A DNA stretch of 64,000 bases from Candidatus Thorarchaeota archaeon (GCA_048882045.1 JBHLRZ010000010.1:1-64000); one strand, 5' to 3'; positions 18,278 to 28,980 are shown, counted from the stretch's first letter. A program made the numbers and translations. The notes: generated by a model from the letters alone, not told the origin.

Positions 18278-19555
18278 TTATGGCCTCCTTAGAATGAAGT
18301 TCGAGATACTGGTTCCAGTTCCCGCGTGACTGTTGACAAGACCAGTGTTTGCATCCTTGACATAGGTCTTGGAGCTCAGGTGCTTCTTCGGTGCTTTGTC
18401 GTTGAGGTGATACGCACACTCGACAGCGGACATGATTCCAGTCGCTCCCACTGGGTGACCATAGCCCATCAAGCCACCGCCGATGTTAGTGGGGACCTCT
18501 CCATCAATGAAGGTCTGCTTGTCGCGGATGAACTCCCTCATGTTGTCTTTGTCGCACCAATAGAGTGCCTTGTAAATCTGCACTTCTGACGAGCTAAAGG
18601 CATCGTGAATCTCAGCCACATCAATCTCCTTGGCGGCGTTCTTGTACTCAATTCCAGCCATATCGTAGGCCATCTCGCCTGAGCGACGACATGCAGCAAA
18701 CTCTGTCATGTCAGGGTAACCCTTTCCATATCGTTCGTTCCAACCTGGAAAGTCAATACGGTCTCCAGCCCTGATTGTGCAACTGCTAAGACCAGCGCCA
18801 TCGATGACAACATAGTTGTCAGGAGCATGCTTCTTCGCCCACTCCTCAGTGGTGACCAGAGAGAAAGCTCCACCCCTGCTCATTAGACAACAATCCAATC
18901 GCTTCAATGGGTAACTTATCAGACGACTCTCCATGACATCCTCCACTGAGAGTGTCTTTTTGTGGTATGGTGACTTTGGATTTGTAAAGTCACTTCTGTA
19001 CCACTGACTCTTCTCGTTGTCAGCTGCATAATTCCTGTTCTTCATGGCAGCCATGGCAAAGTCTTCCTCTGTGAGACCGTTGTCTTTCATGAACTTGTAC
19101 GCCATCGCAGCGTAGTAGATAGGATAGATACCTCCAGCAAGGGCTTCGTAACGTGTGTCAGAGGCAAGAGCAATGAACTCGCTACCCTGACTCTGAGTCA
19201 CATTATCCATTGTTTCCCAGCCAGCTACGCCAACTACATCGAACATGCCAGATTTGACAGCCATAAAGGCACCATAGAGAGCTGACCCCCCTGTGTTTCC
19301 TCCATTTTCAATTCGTATATGCGGTAGGCCGACTAGTCCCAGATGATCATGAACGATCCACTCCGGACAGAGCTGCTTACCAAAGTGCACTGAGAAGTGC
19401 GAATAGACCATAAACTCCAGGTCCCTCAATGTGAAGTCGGGAATATCTCCCTGTGTCTCCACAATAGCATTGGCAATCATTCCCTCTGGAGTGATATGCA
19501 TGGGATAGTCGAATGGAGTGACCGCCCCACCAGCAAGGCACACTTTTCGACTCAT
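18278..19555 (-). CDS. Thiolase-fold (SCP2-thiolase-like) protein lacking the catalytic Cys
   Basis: EIHDAF and GGGLMGYGHPVGATG motifs; the nucleophile loop reads IENGGNTGG. Confidence 0.88.
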   Translation of the reverse strand: MSRKVCLAGGAVTPFDYPMHITPEGMIANAIVETQGDIPDFTLRDLEFMVYSHFSVHFGKQLCPEWIVHDHLGLVGLPHIRIENGGNTGGSALYGAFMAVKSGMFDVVGVAGWETMDNVTQSQGSEFIALASDTRYEALAGGIYPIYYAAMAYKFMKDNGLTEEDFAMAAMKNRNYAADNEKSQWYRSDFTNPKSPYHKKTLSVEDVMESRLISYPLKRLDCCLMSRGGAFSLVTTEEWAKKHAPDNYVVIDGAGLSSCTIRAGDRIDFPGWNERYGKGYPDMTEFAACRRSGEMAYDMAGIEYKNAAKEIDVAEIHDAFSSSEVQIYKALYWCDKDNMREFIRDKQTFIDGEVPTNIGGGLMGYGHPVGATGIMSAVECAYHLNDKAPKKHLSSKTYVKDANTGLVNSHAGTGTSISNFILRRP

Positions 19556-19751
19556 TTTATATCACTGAATCCTCTTTCACGCCCCCAAAATGGCGGCGAT
19601 TCTGCGTCTTCACAAAAGTGGAGGGTACTTAACAGCTTCGGATAACCGCAACTTTAGACAAAATCTCAGTTCACACTCCCACTTTTTCGAAACGACACAG
19701 AGATAATAAAAAGTTAAAAGAAGCGTTCCCTGTCACTAACTGGGTGGACTG

Positions 19752-22700
19752 ATGCGTGGGCAATGTAGCAAGTTCATTATCACTATTGTAATCATTACTA
19801 TACTCTCAATTCCAATAAGAACTCCTTACAATCAAGTTGTCGAAGATATCGGCAACTCAAGTAAAACGCAACTTGCTGAAACTAGTTCGACTTGGCATGA
19901 TGATTGTAGCTCAACGGTTGGATGGGCATCTCAGAGTGTATCCTCAGGATTTGATCCAAAGCATCCGATATTGGAATCGGGCACACTGACTACAAGTGGA
20001 GGATACCTTACTGTGAGTGGGATTGCTGATCCTGTCACGGAGCGTAAGGGACCACTGTATATCAAGGAATTGAGTGATGACGTATCAATTAGCAATATTG
20101 AGTTATTCCAGGCAGAAGTCGAATTCACCTATTACAGTGACACATTCGGTTTCCTGTCAGTCTACCTTTTTGATGAGAACAAGCAGAAAGCAGTCATGCT
20201 TAGATTGCATGATGCATGGGCTGCAAGTGAGAGCCACCCTGAAAGCGTCTTTTTTGACCCAGGAGAGGTCGGAGATGGGACTGTTCACGATGAGATCCTC
20301 TTCGGTTCATGGACAGGATTCTTGCGATTTTGGTATGATGGATCCACAGGAGATATAATTGGAGAGCTTGATGATGGGACACCAAATCAAGCAACACTGA
20401 AGACTTCAGGGACTTTTGATGCAGGGAGAAGAATCAAGTATGTTGGCATTCAATGGAGTCGACACCCAGGATTGGCCTATAATAGTGATGGCTATCGCCT
20501 TTTAGACATCCAACTGACATATGAGAAGACTCAGCCAGCATCTGATTGGTTGACAGGGTGGAACTACAGGAAATCCCTCGCTATCAATGGTTCTGCTGGT
20601 GCAGGTCCGGATTATCAAGTCAAGGTCCTTGTACAATATGGTTCTGGAATAGATGGTCAAGAAGCTGTTTATTGTGATAATCTCTGCAATGTGGATTTCA
20701 GTGACATTCGCTTTACTGATGATGATGGCACCACAGAGCTTGCATTTTGGAGAGAATCATTCTATTCGGCTGATAATGCAACTTTTTGGGTCCGTGTATC
20801 GGATGATTTAAGCTTCTCCCAAATGATCTATCTCTACTTTGGAAACCCTGGTGTTGCTACTACTAGTGATGGTCAAGCAACATTCGATTTCTTTGATGAT
20901 TTCGAAACTGGCTCTTTCGAAAGATGGGATTCAGTCAACAGTTGGTCGATAAGCTCAACCTACGCAAGGACTGGAACATACGGTGCTTATGGTATCGGAG
21001 GAGTGACTCAACCCTTTCTGTTCCATAACATGTCCCAAACCGGGAGTTTCCTAATTCATATTGATGCTCGCACATTTGACAACTTCAACACTTTTCCAGT
21101 GTTGCTAAGCTCTGATGAAGGAATATGTTACCCCTGTGCATTTGGTTGGACAAATGCACTCTATCACACTGGGTCTTTTCAGAACTGGCCCAGCAACAGT
21201 TCCCTTTCATACAACACTTGGTACAATCTCCAGATTGGTATTGATGTAGTTAACAGTAAGATGCATGGATGGAAAGATGGTGCATTTATGGGGGAGGTTA
21301 TTTTCAGGTCTGACTCTGGCACCATACCCTCCAATATCACTGGTTTCAGACCTGCTCCAGGAACACAAGCAACCAGATATCTCGCAGTCGATAATGTTTA
21401 CATCCGGAAATGGATAGCAGATGAACCATCCTACGCCTCTTGGGGGGCACTGGAGTTTGAACCTCAGAATGGCTCGAATTGGTTGACTGGTTGGATGAAT
21501 AGGAAATCGTATCAGATTCTTGGCACACCTGGTGCAGGAATGAACTATCAGATCCCAATCATTGTATACTTCGGTTCTGGCACAGATTCAACCAACAGCG
21601 TCTACTGTGATTCCAAGTGCCAACCAGATTTCGATGATATCAGGTTTACAAGAAGTGATGGTTATTCGCTTCTCGATTACTGGACCGAAAGTGTCTACGA
21701 TTCGGATAATACTACCTTCTGGGTGGAAGTAAAAGACAACCTCGATTTTAATACTACAATCTACATGTACTATGGAAATTCCGCCGCATCTACAATTAGC
21801 AATGGTACAGCGACATTCATCTTCTTTGATGATTTTGAAAGTGGGAACTTCAACAAATGGGATGATGCAGGAAGCGCCTGTTCTATTGAGTCATCTACTG
21901 TATTTTCTGGATCTTATTCAGCTTTACTACCAGGAGGAGGAAGTGAAAGACATCTCTGGAAAAACACCGACGCTCAATGGAGTACAACTACGTTCATGGT
22001 GCATGTTGCGGCGCGGTTAATAGATCCTGGCACTTATGCAGGATATCCAGTGTATTGGCAGGGATATAGCAATACAGATACATTACGATATGGGTACACA
22101 ATATTTGGGAATTCTTTGTCCTGGTCATATGGAGATCATACAGGGGGAAACATACCTTGGAGCTCAAACAACACATACTCCACAAACGTCTGGTACCAAA
22201 TGGAAGGAGCAATTGATGTCATAGGGGACAAACACTATGCCTGGAAGGATTCGTCCTTTATGGGAGAATCTCTCCTTGAACCCGATGGTCAGACTGAGCT
22301 AATGAATAACATAACAACCCTGCTTGTTGCAGGAGGCGCATTCACTGGAGGGGACCTTCTGATAGATGATTATTTCGTGAGAAAATGGATTGCTAGTGAA
22401 CCAGTTCATGGACTATGGTCTGATTATGAATCGTGGTTGATGGGATGGAACTACAGAAAATCCCACGAAATTATTGGCTCGCTGGGAGCTGGTGAAAACT
22501 ATCAGATGGAGATAGTCGTTCATTATGACCACGGACCAGATTCTGGAAGAGATGTATTTTGCGACCGGCGATGTCAATCTGACTTTGATGATATCAGGTT
22601 CACGGATAATGATGGTTATTCGCTACTCGACTATTGGACCGAAAGCGTCTACGATTCGGACAATGCCACCTTCTGGGTGGAAGTAAAAGACAACCTTGAT

Positions 22701-24986
22701 TTTGATACAACAATCTACATGTACTATGGGAACGCCACTGTATCTACAATCAGTAATGGAACAGCGACGTTCATCTTCTTTGATGATTTTGAAAATGATG
22801 CCCTTGGAGCAGATCCAAATCCAGCGAGATGGTGGTTGGAAGCTGCGCAAGACCCCGACGATTATGTCCGGATTGAGCTAGATCCAATTGATAGTAGTAA
22901 TCAGGTTGTATGCGCTGCAGAAACAGGCGACACTGTTGCAAACGTTGCATGGACTGTGAATTTCACATATAGTGGACCAGTGGCAATCGGTCAAAAGTTC
23001 CGATATGACTTGGATTACAAGGGTTATTTTGGAGTTCACAACGAATCGTCATGGCTTTTCATCGACCAACTAGAAAACCTAGGTGTCAATGATCACCAGT
23101 GGTTCTTAGATCAAACTCCCTACGATTACTCGCCTGCAATTGAAACTACAACTGACCGCTGGTTCAGCTGGGAATATCGATTCTCACCAACTGGTATGAC
23201 ACTCTTAGATCGTGAAACAGGCACGGTCCACACAGGAGGATTTACTCACGTAGATTATTCAGACGCAACCTTTGCTTCCATTAGATATGGTCTCAGAATG
23301 GGCGCGAATAAGTGGTGGACCGATGACATGTATGTCCGTAAATTTGTGTCTTCAGAACCAGCTCATGGAGAATGGAAGGGAGCTACTTTATTGAGCTGGC
23401 ATCATGACTGTTCAAATAGTACTGGTTTTGTTTACAATGACACTTGGAATATAAACTGGATGCCTTGGGTTATTCAACCGGGCACCCTGGCATCCGATGG
23501 GTCCATGCTCTCTGTGACTAGTGTGGTCACAGGATCAGGGTGGCATGGTCCAGTCTTTGAATATGAATTGCCTAGAACTTTGAGAGTGCGAGATATAGAG
23601 AACTTCACAGCTTTCTTCGATGTGGACAATTCCCTGAATTCGTATTTGGGATATGAAGGACTAATGTTTGGAGATTCTGATAGAAATCCTATACTCTTTT
23701 GTGGCTTCCACGATGGATGGGCGGATTATCGACAGGGATCTTATGGAATTTCGTATGGGTTTCTGAATGGTAGTCGTTCCGGTGTTGGTTCGGGGTATCC
23801 TGTAGGGTGGACTTCCTTCAGCGGCAAAATGAATGCGAGTTTCACAGAAGCAGGTTTGTTGTTGTATGTTGATGGACTCGGGGAAGGTTTACTCACAGGT
23901 CTTTCAGAGGGGGAGTTCAACCGAGAGATAAAATACGTGGCAATTGCTAGTGCACGGTTCGGTTCAGACCCATTGATTCCAGTTCATATCGATGAGATAT
24001 ACCTCAATTACGAGTTTGTCAGTGAACCGCCAGAACCTCCTCAACCATCGATTGATGATGTTGAAGACTTTGGATACGAGGTAGGCACATCAGGCAATGT
24101 GATAGTTTGGACAATTGCGAATTTCACTCCGACTTCCTATGAGCTCTATAGAGACGGTGGCTTGCTTACTTCAGACATTTGGCTAGGAGGATCAACTATC
24201 GAGGTTGATATTGACAATCTTTCTCCGGGAGAGTATAATTATACAATAGTCGTCTTTGGAGAAGGTTTGATTGAAGTATCGGATACTGTGATCATCACAG
24301 TCGCAGATACTACTGGTCCAAGTCTAGGAAATCCTCTAGATGTCAATTATGAACTCGGTTCAAGGGGACACTCAATAACCTGGACAGTAGCGGATCTGTA
24401 CCCAGATTCATATATTATCTATCAGGATGGAGTTCCTATTGAAACTAATGTGTGGACTTCTGGGACAATTCAAATAGATATAGACGGTTTAGGACTAGGA
24501 GTATATGACTTTAGCATTGAAGTCAATGATACTTCAGGAAATGTGGCTACAAATTCAGTGATTGTAACTGTAGCTGATACAACTTCACCTTTCATCGACC
24601 ATCCGACAGACATTGTAATTGATATTCAATCAGCGACTATCCAGATCACTTGGCGACCGACCGACCTTCGCCCATTCAATTATGAGATATACCGCAATGG
24701 CACAACAGTGGCTAGTGGAACATGGGCGAGTGGAGAGAACTTAACCTACAGTCTTGGTGATGACCTGACCATTGGCACCTACAACTACACAGTTGTTGTA
24801 TGGGATACCTCAGGCAACTACAATTCCGATACGGTAATTGTAACAATTGAACCAATAATGGGTGGAGATTACCTCGGAATAAGCATCTCGATCGGTAGCC
24901 TTGTTGTCATCATTGTTGTTGCAGGCTTGATATGTCGAAGGCGAGGTAGTCCTCCAGCAGTGGAACCTAGCGGATACAACTGGTAG
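19752..24986 (+). CDS. Membrane-anchored surface protein with three DUF2341 units, lectin-like inserts and Ig-like repeats
   Basis: Three WL(T/M)GWxxRKS...DFxDIRFT...TFWV...FFDDFE units; two WH(D/H)DCS domains; three GxYxYT-type Ig repeats; C-terminal TM helix. Confidence 0.88.
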   Translation: MRGQCSKFIITIVIITILSIPIRTPYNQVVEDIGNSSKTQLAETSSTWHDDCSSTVGWASQSVSSGFDPKHPILESGTLTTSGGYLTVSGIADPVTERKGPLYIKELSDDVSISNIELFQAEVEFTYYSDTFGFLSVYLFDENKQKAVMLRLHDAWAASESHPESVFFDPGEVGDGTVHDEILFGSWTGFLRFWYDGSTGDIIGELDDGTPNQATLKTSGTFDAGRRIKYVGIQWSRHPGLAYNSDGYRLLDIQLTYEKTQPASDWLTGWNYRKSLAINGSAGAGPDYQVKVLVQYGSGIDGQEAVYCDNLCNVDFSDIRFTDDDGTTELAFWRESFYSADNATFWVRVSDDLSFSQMIYLYFGNPGVATTSDGQATFDFFDDFETGSFERWDSVNSWSISSTYARTGTYGAYGIGGVTQPFLFHNMSQTGSFLIHIDARTFDNFNTFPVLLSSDEGICYPCAFGWTNALYHTGSFQNWPSNSSLSYNTWYNLQIGIDVVNSKMHGWKDGAFMGEVIFRSDSGTIPSNITGFRPAPGTQATRYLAVDNVYIRKWIADEPSYASWGALEFEPQNGSNWLTGWMNRKSYQILGTPGAGMNYQIPIIVYFGSGTDSTNSVYCDSKCQPDFDDIRFTRSDGYSLLDYWTESVYDSDNTTFWVEVKDNLDFNTTIYMYYGNSAASTISNGTATFIFFDDFESGNFNKWDDAGSACSIESSTVFSGSYSALLPGGGSERHLWKNTDAQWSTTTFMVHVAARLIDPGTYAGYPVYWQGYSNTDTLRYGYTIFGNSLSWSYGDHTGGNIPWSSNNTYSTNVWYQMEGAIDVIGDKHYAWKDSSFMGESLLEPDGQTELMNNITTLLVAGGAFTGGDLLIDDYFVRKWIASEPVHGLWSDYESWLMGWNYRKSHEIIGSLGAGENYQMEIVVHYDHGPDSGRDVFCDRRCQSDFDDIRFTDNDGYSLLDYWTESVYDSDNATFWVEVKDNLDFDTTIYMYYGNATVSTISNGTATFIFFDDFENDALGADPNPARWWLEAAQDPDDYVRIELDPIDSSNQVVCAAETGDTVANVAWTVNFTYSGPVAIGQKFRYDLDYKGYFGVHNESSWLFIDQLENLGVNDHQWFLDQTPYDYSPAIETTTDRWFSWEYRFSPTGMTLLDRETGTVHTGGFTHVDYSDATFASIRYGLRMGANKWWTDDMYVRKFVSSEPAHGEWKGATLLSWHHDCSNSTGFVYNDTWNINWMPWVIQPGTLASDGSMLSVTSVVTGSGWHGPVFEYELPRTLRVRDIENFTAFFDVDNSLNSYLGYEGLMFGDSDRNPILFCGFHDGWADYRQGSYGISYGFLNGSRSGVGSGYPVGWTSFSGKMNASFTEAGLLLYVDGLGEGLLTGLSEGEFNREIKYVAIASARFGSDPLIPVHIDEIYLNYEFVSEPPEPPQPSIDDVEDFGYEVGTSGNVIVWTIANFTPTSYELYRDGGLLTSDIWLGGSTIEVDIDNLSPGEYNYTIVVFGEGLIEVSDTVIITVADTTGPSLGNPLDVNYELGSRGHSITWTVADLYPDSYIIYQDGVPIETNVWTSGTIQIDIDGLGLGVYDFSIEVNDTSGNVATNSVIVTVADTTSPFIDHPTDIVIDIQSATIQITWRPTDLRPFNYEIYRNGTTVASGTWASGENLTYSLGDDLTIGTYNYTVVVWDTSGNYNSDTVIVTIEPIMGGDYLGISISIGSLVVIIVVAGLICRRRGSPPAVEPSGYNW
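21621..22793 (+). repeat. Internal DNA duplication of the DUF2341 core (about 21621-21840 and 22575-22793)
   Basis: Shared long runs such as ACCTTCTGGGTGGAAGTAAAAGACAACCT, ACAATCTACATGTACTATGG and TTCATCTTCTTTGATGATTTTGAAA. Confidence 0.9.
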
Positions 24987-25375
24987 ATAATTCAATCCAT
25001 GACCGGTAACATAACTGCATGTATATTGCGTAATAGATGGAGAAGATGAGGAAGGCAAGACCAGCTTTTGCAACATTGAATATTTATATAACAATTGCTT
25101 AATATTTTAGATAACTTTATAATTATACTATCATTAAAACTATATGGAACTCAGGCACCACCTGAAGCAAACACCCATTAATTATGAGAATGTCACGAGT
25201 AGAAATAAAGCAGTTCTCTCTACAATCCAAACACGATTTGCGAAAATCTGTTCCCCTTTCAATAGATTTCCAAAGTGACTGAATTGTTGCAGGTGATGTG
25301 TCTGTAAGTTCCGTTTGTGTGAGGGGGAACCTTACAGATTCATTATAAAAGTGAAATTAAAAGAAGACGGAAAAA

Positions 25376-25708
25376 TTGCTAGTGAAGAATGATTCTGAAT
25401 ATGAAACTCTGGATCATATGTTAAAGCTCTTGAGAATAGATGTAAGAAAACTCCTTGCAAAGCTCGACCAATCGGAGTCGCTCAACATTGAAGATGAACT
25501 ACTTGAAGACGAAAAGTGGCTTGCTAGTAAAGACGAGTACGAAATCTTCGGCTTCATTAGAAGCCTTGCTCTCATTGCAACAAAGCTGCAACCTGAAACA
25601 TTTGAGGAAACGAAGAACAGTCTGACGGAGTTTTGGAAGGATGTAATCTCCGAGGGCGATTGGGAAGATTATGAGAAGGAAGTTCCAGACAAGGTAAAAG
25701 ACTTTTGA
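25376..25708 (+). CDS. Hypothetical acidic protein
   Basis: 110-aa ORF with protein-like composition; no recognised motif. Confidence 0.55.
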   Translation: MLVKNDSEYETLDHMLKLLRIDVRKLLAKLDQSESLNIEDELLEDEKWLASKDEYEIFGFIRSLALIATKLQPETFEETKNSLTEFWKDVISEGDWEDYEKEVPDKVKDF

Positions 25709-26021
25709 AGGTGATTGTTTTGCTACGCCATTTAATATCAACAACAAGCGAATGTGAAGCTCAGACCTATCTTAGACAAAACTCTGAGAGAATAAAGAAG
25801 GCATTTATCATCACCACCAGGATTCCTGACGATTGCAATCATTTGAGGTATGATGTATTTCAGGTCGTGAAAGAAACTGAAAGGAACTGAGGTGATTGAT
25901 CAACACAAACCTCAGACCAGCAGAATCGGTATACTTCAGCTGACTTTCCAAATCAGTGTTTCTACTCTGCGTTGGTGTCAAGATATAAAATGCACACAAT
26001 AGCCAAAAAGAGTCGAGAGAT

Positions 26022-26525
26022 ATGAATGTAGTAGAGTTTGTCCGGTCTATGGCAGATTCCACGAGAGCTTGGCGTGAGAGGGCTCTTCAAAACTTGCGAG
26101 ATGAGAAATGCGATAATCTGGGATATAGACCCCACTCAAGGATGTCCTCTGTGGGATGGCTTCTCGCTCATCAGGGTGCGGCCTACGACTACGTACTGAA
26201 CATGCTGATCAAGGGCAATTCGCCCAAGAATCCAGACCTCTTCTACGCATACAGAGGGGATAGTAGCGATCCGGGCGATTGGGCAGGAACTCCTCTTCAA
26301 GAGATCAATGCCTACTTCGACTCAGTCGAAAATGACTTCCTTTCTTGGCTTGAGCAAGCGCCTGATGGAGAACTGGGTCGCATACTAGAAGGATCCGACA
26401 CTCCTCAATACTTTCAGGGCATGCGCGTGACAGATGCGATTACTGACATGTTTGCACATCTGAACCACCACAATGGACATCTCAGTTCTATCAAAGGTGA
26501 TTGGTGTCAGCAGAAAGAGATGTGA
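26022..26525 (+). CDS. DinB/DUF664 superfamily protein
   Basis: SVGWLLAH and HLNHHNGHL metal-binding motifs. Confidence 0.85.
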   Translation: MNVVEFVRSMADSTRAWRERALQNLRDEKCDNLGYRPHSRMSSVGWLLAHQGAAYDYVLNMLIKGNSPKNPDLFYAYRGDSSDPGDWAGTPLQEINAYFDSVENDFLSWLEQAPDGELGRILEGSDTPQYFQGMRVTDAITDMFAHLNHHNGHLSSIKGDWCQQKEM

Positions 26526-26595
26526 GAAAAAAGGACTCCAAGACATGCGATTTCCTTCAGGAAGAGCATGCTTGGAGGAAACAATAGTACCAGAA

Positions 26596-27363
26596 TTACA
26601 CAGGTTTTGCATGAGCTCGAACAATTGATTCGATCTTGTCGAGTTTGACCTGAATATCAGCATCATTGATGTTGACAACAACTGAAACATCGATGTCGGC
26701 TATCTCTTGCTGACCTTTCTTGTTCGTATATGGTACATCGACCTGGAAGTTGACTCTGTCATTTTGTTTTGCTCTGAATCCCTTGGCTTCCTGCTCGATA
26801 TTGTAACCACCCCTTATTGGGTAGAGAACTCCATAGTTCACCATCTGGTATCCACTGTCGGTAATTCCCTTTGATATCTGTTCCATAATCGACTTGTTGT
26901 ACATATAGCTGCCTAGTTGAATCAGACTCAGGAAAGCGAAAACGCCGCCTCCACTGACTCTAGCCTTCTTGGCCTCCTGTACACCGGTTGCTATGATACG
27001 ATGGTCTGAAACAAAGACCTGGCCCTTGATTACAGACTTGCCGGTTTCGACCCAACCATCACAAATCACAGCGAATTCCTCACCAGGGAGTTTGCAGAAG
27101 TTCTGGACAAAGTATCTCTCGAATTCAGCTAGCTTGTCAGCCTTCCTTGCACGCATCATCTTGTCAAAGAGAATGTATGCCTTTTCAGAGAACATTGCAG
27201 GATCCACGAGAATGGCATCCCTCATGATCTCACCAAAAATCTGGAACTCGGAAGATTCTATCTTTTCGAATGCCTTTCGTAATTCATTTCCAACGTCGCC
27301 AGATTTTCCTTTGTGCATTTTTTCCATGACTTTTTCTCTTAGTTTGTTAAAGTCTACACCCAT
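26596..27363 (-). CDS. Hypothetical protein, possible PH/GRAM-like domain
   Basis: LPGEE...GQVFVSDHRII resembles the start of a PH-like domain. Confidence 0.55.
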   Translation of the reverse strand: MGVDFNKLREKVMEKMHKGKSGDVGNELRKAFEKIESSEFQIFGEIMRDAILVDPAMFSEKAYILFDKMMRARKADKLAEFERYFVQNFCKLPGEEFAVICDGWVETGKSVIKGQVFVSDHRIIATGVQEAKKARVSGGGVFAFLSLIQLGSYMYNKSIMEQISKGITDSGYQMVNYGVLYPIRGGYNIEQEAKGFRAKQNDRVNFQVDVPYTNKKGQQEIADIDVSVVVNINDADIQVKLDKIESIVRAHAKPV

Positions 27364-27549
27364 GAGTAAAACCTCAGAATAGCATCTATTCTGAGTTGAC
27401 GTATATTAAATCAGTTAGGATGCACAAAATAGCATTTCTGTCACAGGTGAGTGATTTCAGCAGATAGAGATGTGGCATAATTACACGTAGTGAGTCAATA
27501 TAGACACATTTTATTTTTGTCTTGCTTTGGCGCATAGAAGATAACACTC

Positions 27550-28470
27550 GTGGAAGATGCAACAATGACAGTCCACAACAACGAGCTTCTTACGGCGGCA
27601 GAAGATGGAAACATAAATGGAGTCAGGGATGCTGTTGAATCCGGGGCCGATATCAATGCACAAAATGAGTTCATGAAAGACTCTGCACTACATATCGCAT
27701 CAAGTCGAGGTTATCTAGAGATAGTCAAATACCTCGTAGAGAAAGACGCGGATATGCTCTTGACTAACGGGACTGATATGACTCCACTCCACCTCGCTGC
27801 TCGCGATGGGCAAACCCACATCGTCGAATTTTTACTAGAGAAGATGGAATCGGTACCTGAAAGGGTGTTGAATGATGTTCTCCATGTCGCGTCTATGTCA
27901 GTCTATGGAAGATCAGAGATTGTGCAAATGCTTGATGATTTTAGAACAAAACAGGCAAGACCCAGTACAAGTGGAAGAGAGAACGCAGACTCAATTCTTC
28001 TCGAAGCCTCAGAAAGCGGAAGCCTGGAAGAAGTCACCGAAGCAATTCAAGATGGTGCAGATGTTAGCATTGTAGATGGAAGAGGAATGATGCCGATTCA
28101 CTGGGCAGCATTGAGGGGACACACACAGATTGTAAACATACTTCTTGAAAACAATACGGATGTAAATAGCACAAATTCAGCAGACTGGACTCCAATTATG
28201 CAGGCAAGTTTTGAAGGGCACACCGAGATTGTCCAGCTACTCATCGAGAAGGGGGCGGATGTCAATGCCAAGACCTTTGTCTCAGGGACTGCACTCATCT
28301 TTGCAGCAGGGAAGGGACATTTTGAAATCGTCAAGATACTTCTTGAAGCAGGTGCAGATTCCTCCGTAGAGATTGACGGATCAGAGAATGAGGATGGGAT
28401 GACTGCGTTGGACTATGCTCGTCGTGAGGGACATCTGGAGATAGCAGAGCTGATTGAGAATCACAGTTAG
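27550..28470 (+). CDS. Ankyrin repeat protein
   Basis: Repeated SALHIAS, TPLHLAA, PIHWAA, TPIMQAS, TALIFAA and GADVN motifs. Confidence 0.95.
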   Translation: MEDATMTVHNNELLTAAEDGNINGVRDAVESGADINAQNEFMKDSALHIASSRGYLEIVKYLVEKDADMLLTNGTDMTPLHLAARDGQTHIVEFLLEKMESVPERVLNDVLHVASMSVYGRSEIVQMLDDFRTKQARPSTSGRENADSILLEASESGSLEEVTEAIQDGADVSIVDGRGMMPIHWAALRGHTQIVNILLENNTDVNSTNSADWTPIMQASFEGHTEIVQLLIEKGADVNAKTFVSGTALIFAAGKGHFEIVKILLEAGADSSVEIDGSENEDGMTALDYARREGHLEIAELIENHS

Positions 28471-28607
28471 AATGGATATTTGACAGATGTCGAAAACTGG
28501 AGATATTGATATCGGGTCAAACACAAGCTCAAGTGATTATCCTTACGGAAAAAGGCATTGAAAACATCCACATAATCTATTTTACTGAATCTTGACGCGT
28601 TTTTGCT

Positions 28608-28892
28608 ATGACCAGCGAATCAGAAGAATTTGAGGATATCATCCGGGTCATTGAGGGGATCCATTGCGCCAAAGGCCCCAAGGGATGCAAGAAATGTGAG
28701 GAGGCTGGCATTCAAAACAAGCTATGTCTCATCAGAATCTTCAAGGAAGCTGGCAAAGAGGTTAGACCAGTCATCGAATTAGATCGGGAGGACCAGCAGT
28801 ACTTCACCTATGAAGTTCTGAAGTGTTTCGACGACATTCAACAGGCTCATGACTATGCACAGCAGAACGACATCTATGATGTTGAGTATTGA
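28608..28892 (+). CDS. Small Cys-containing hypothetical protein
   Basis: HCAKGPKGCKKC...C; 94 aa. Confidence 0.65.
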   Translation: MTSESEEFEDIIRVIEGIHCAKGPKGCKKCEEAGIQNKLCLIRIFKEAGKEVRPVIELDREDQQYFTYEVLKCFDDIQQAHDYAQQNDIYDVEY

Positions 28893-28980
28893 TAGACAAT
28901 CAAAAAGTCTGATGCTCGAGTGAAAACTAATATCATGCAGTGCTTTCGTTGATTGTGAGAAGAGAGCTGGTGCAATCTCT

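Noticed and set aside
25705-26062. Short ORFs 25705-25890 (+) and 25811-26062 (-)
   Set aside because: No motifs or convincing composition; not called.
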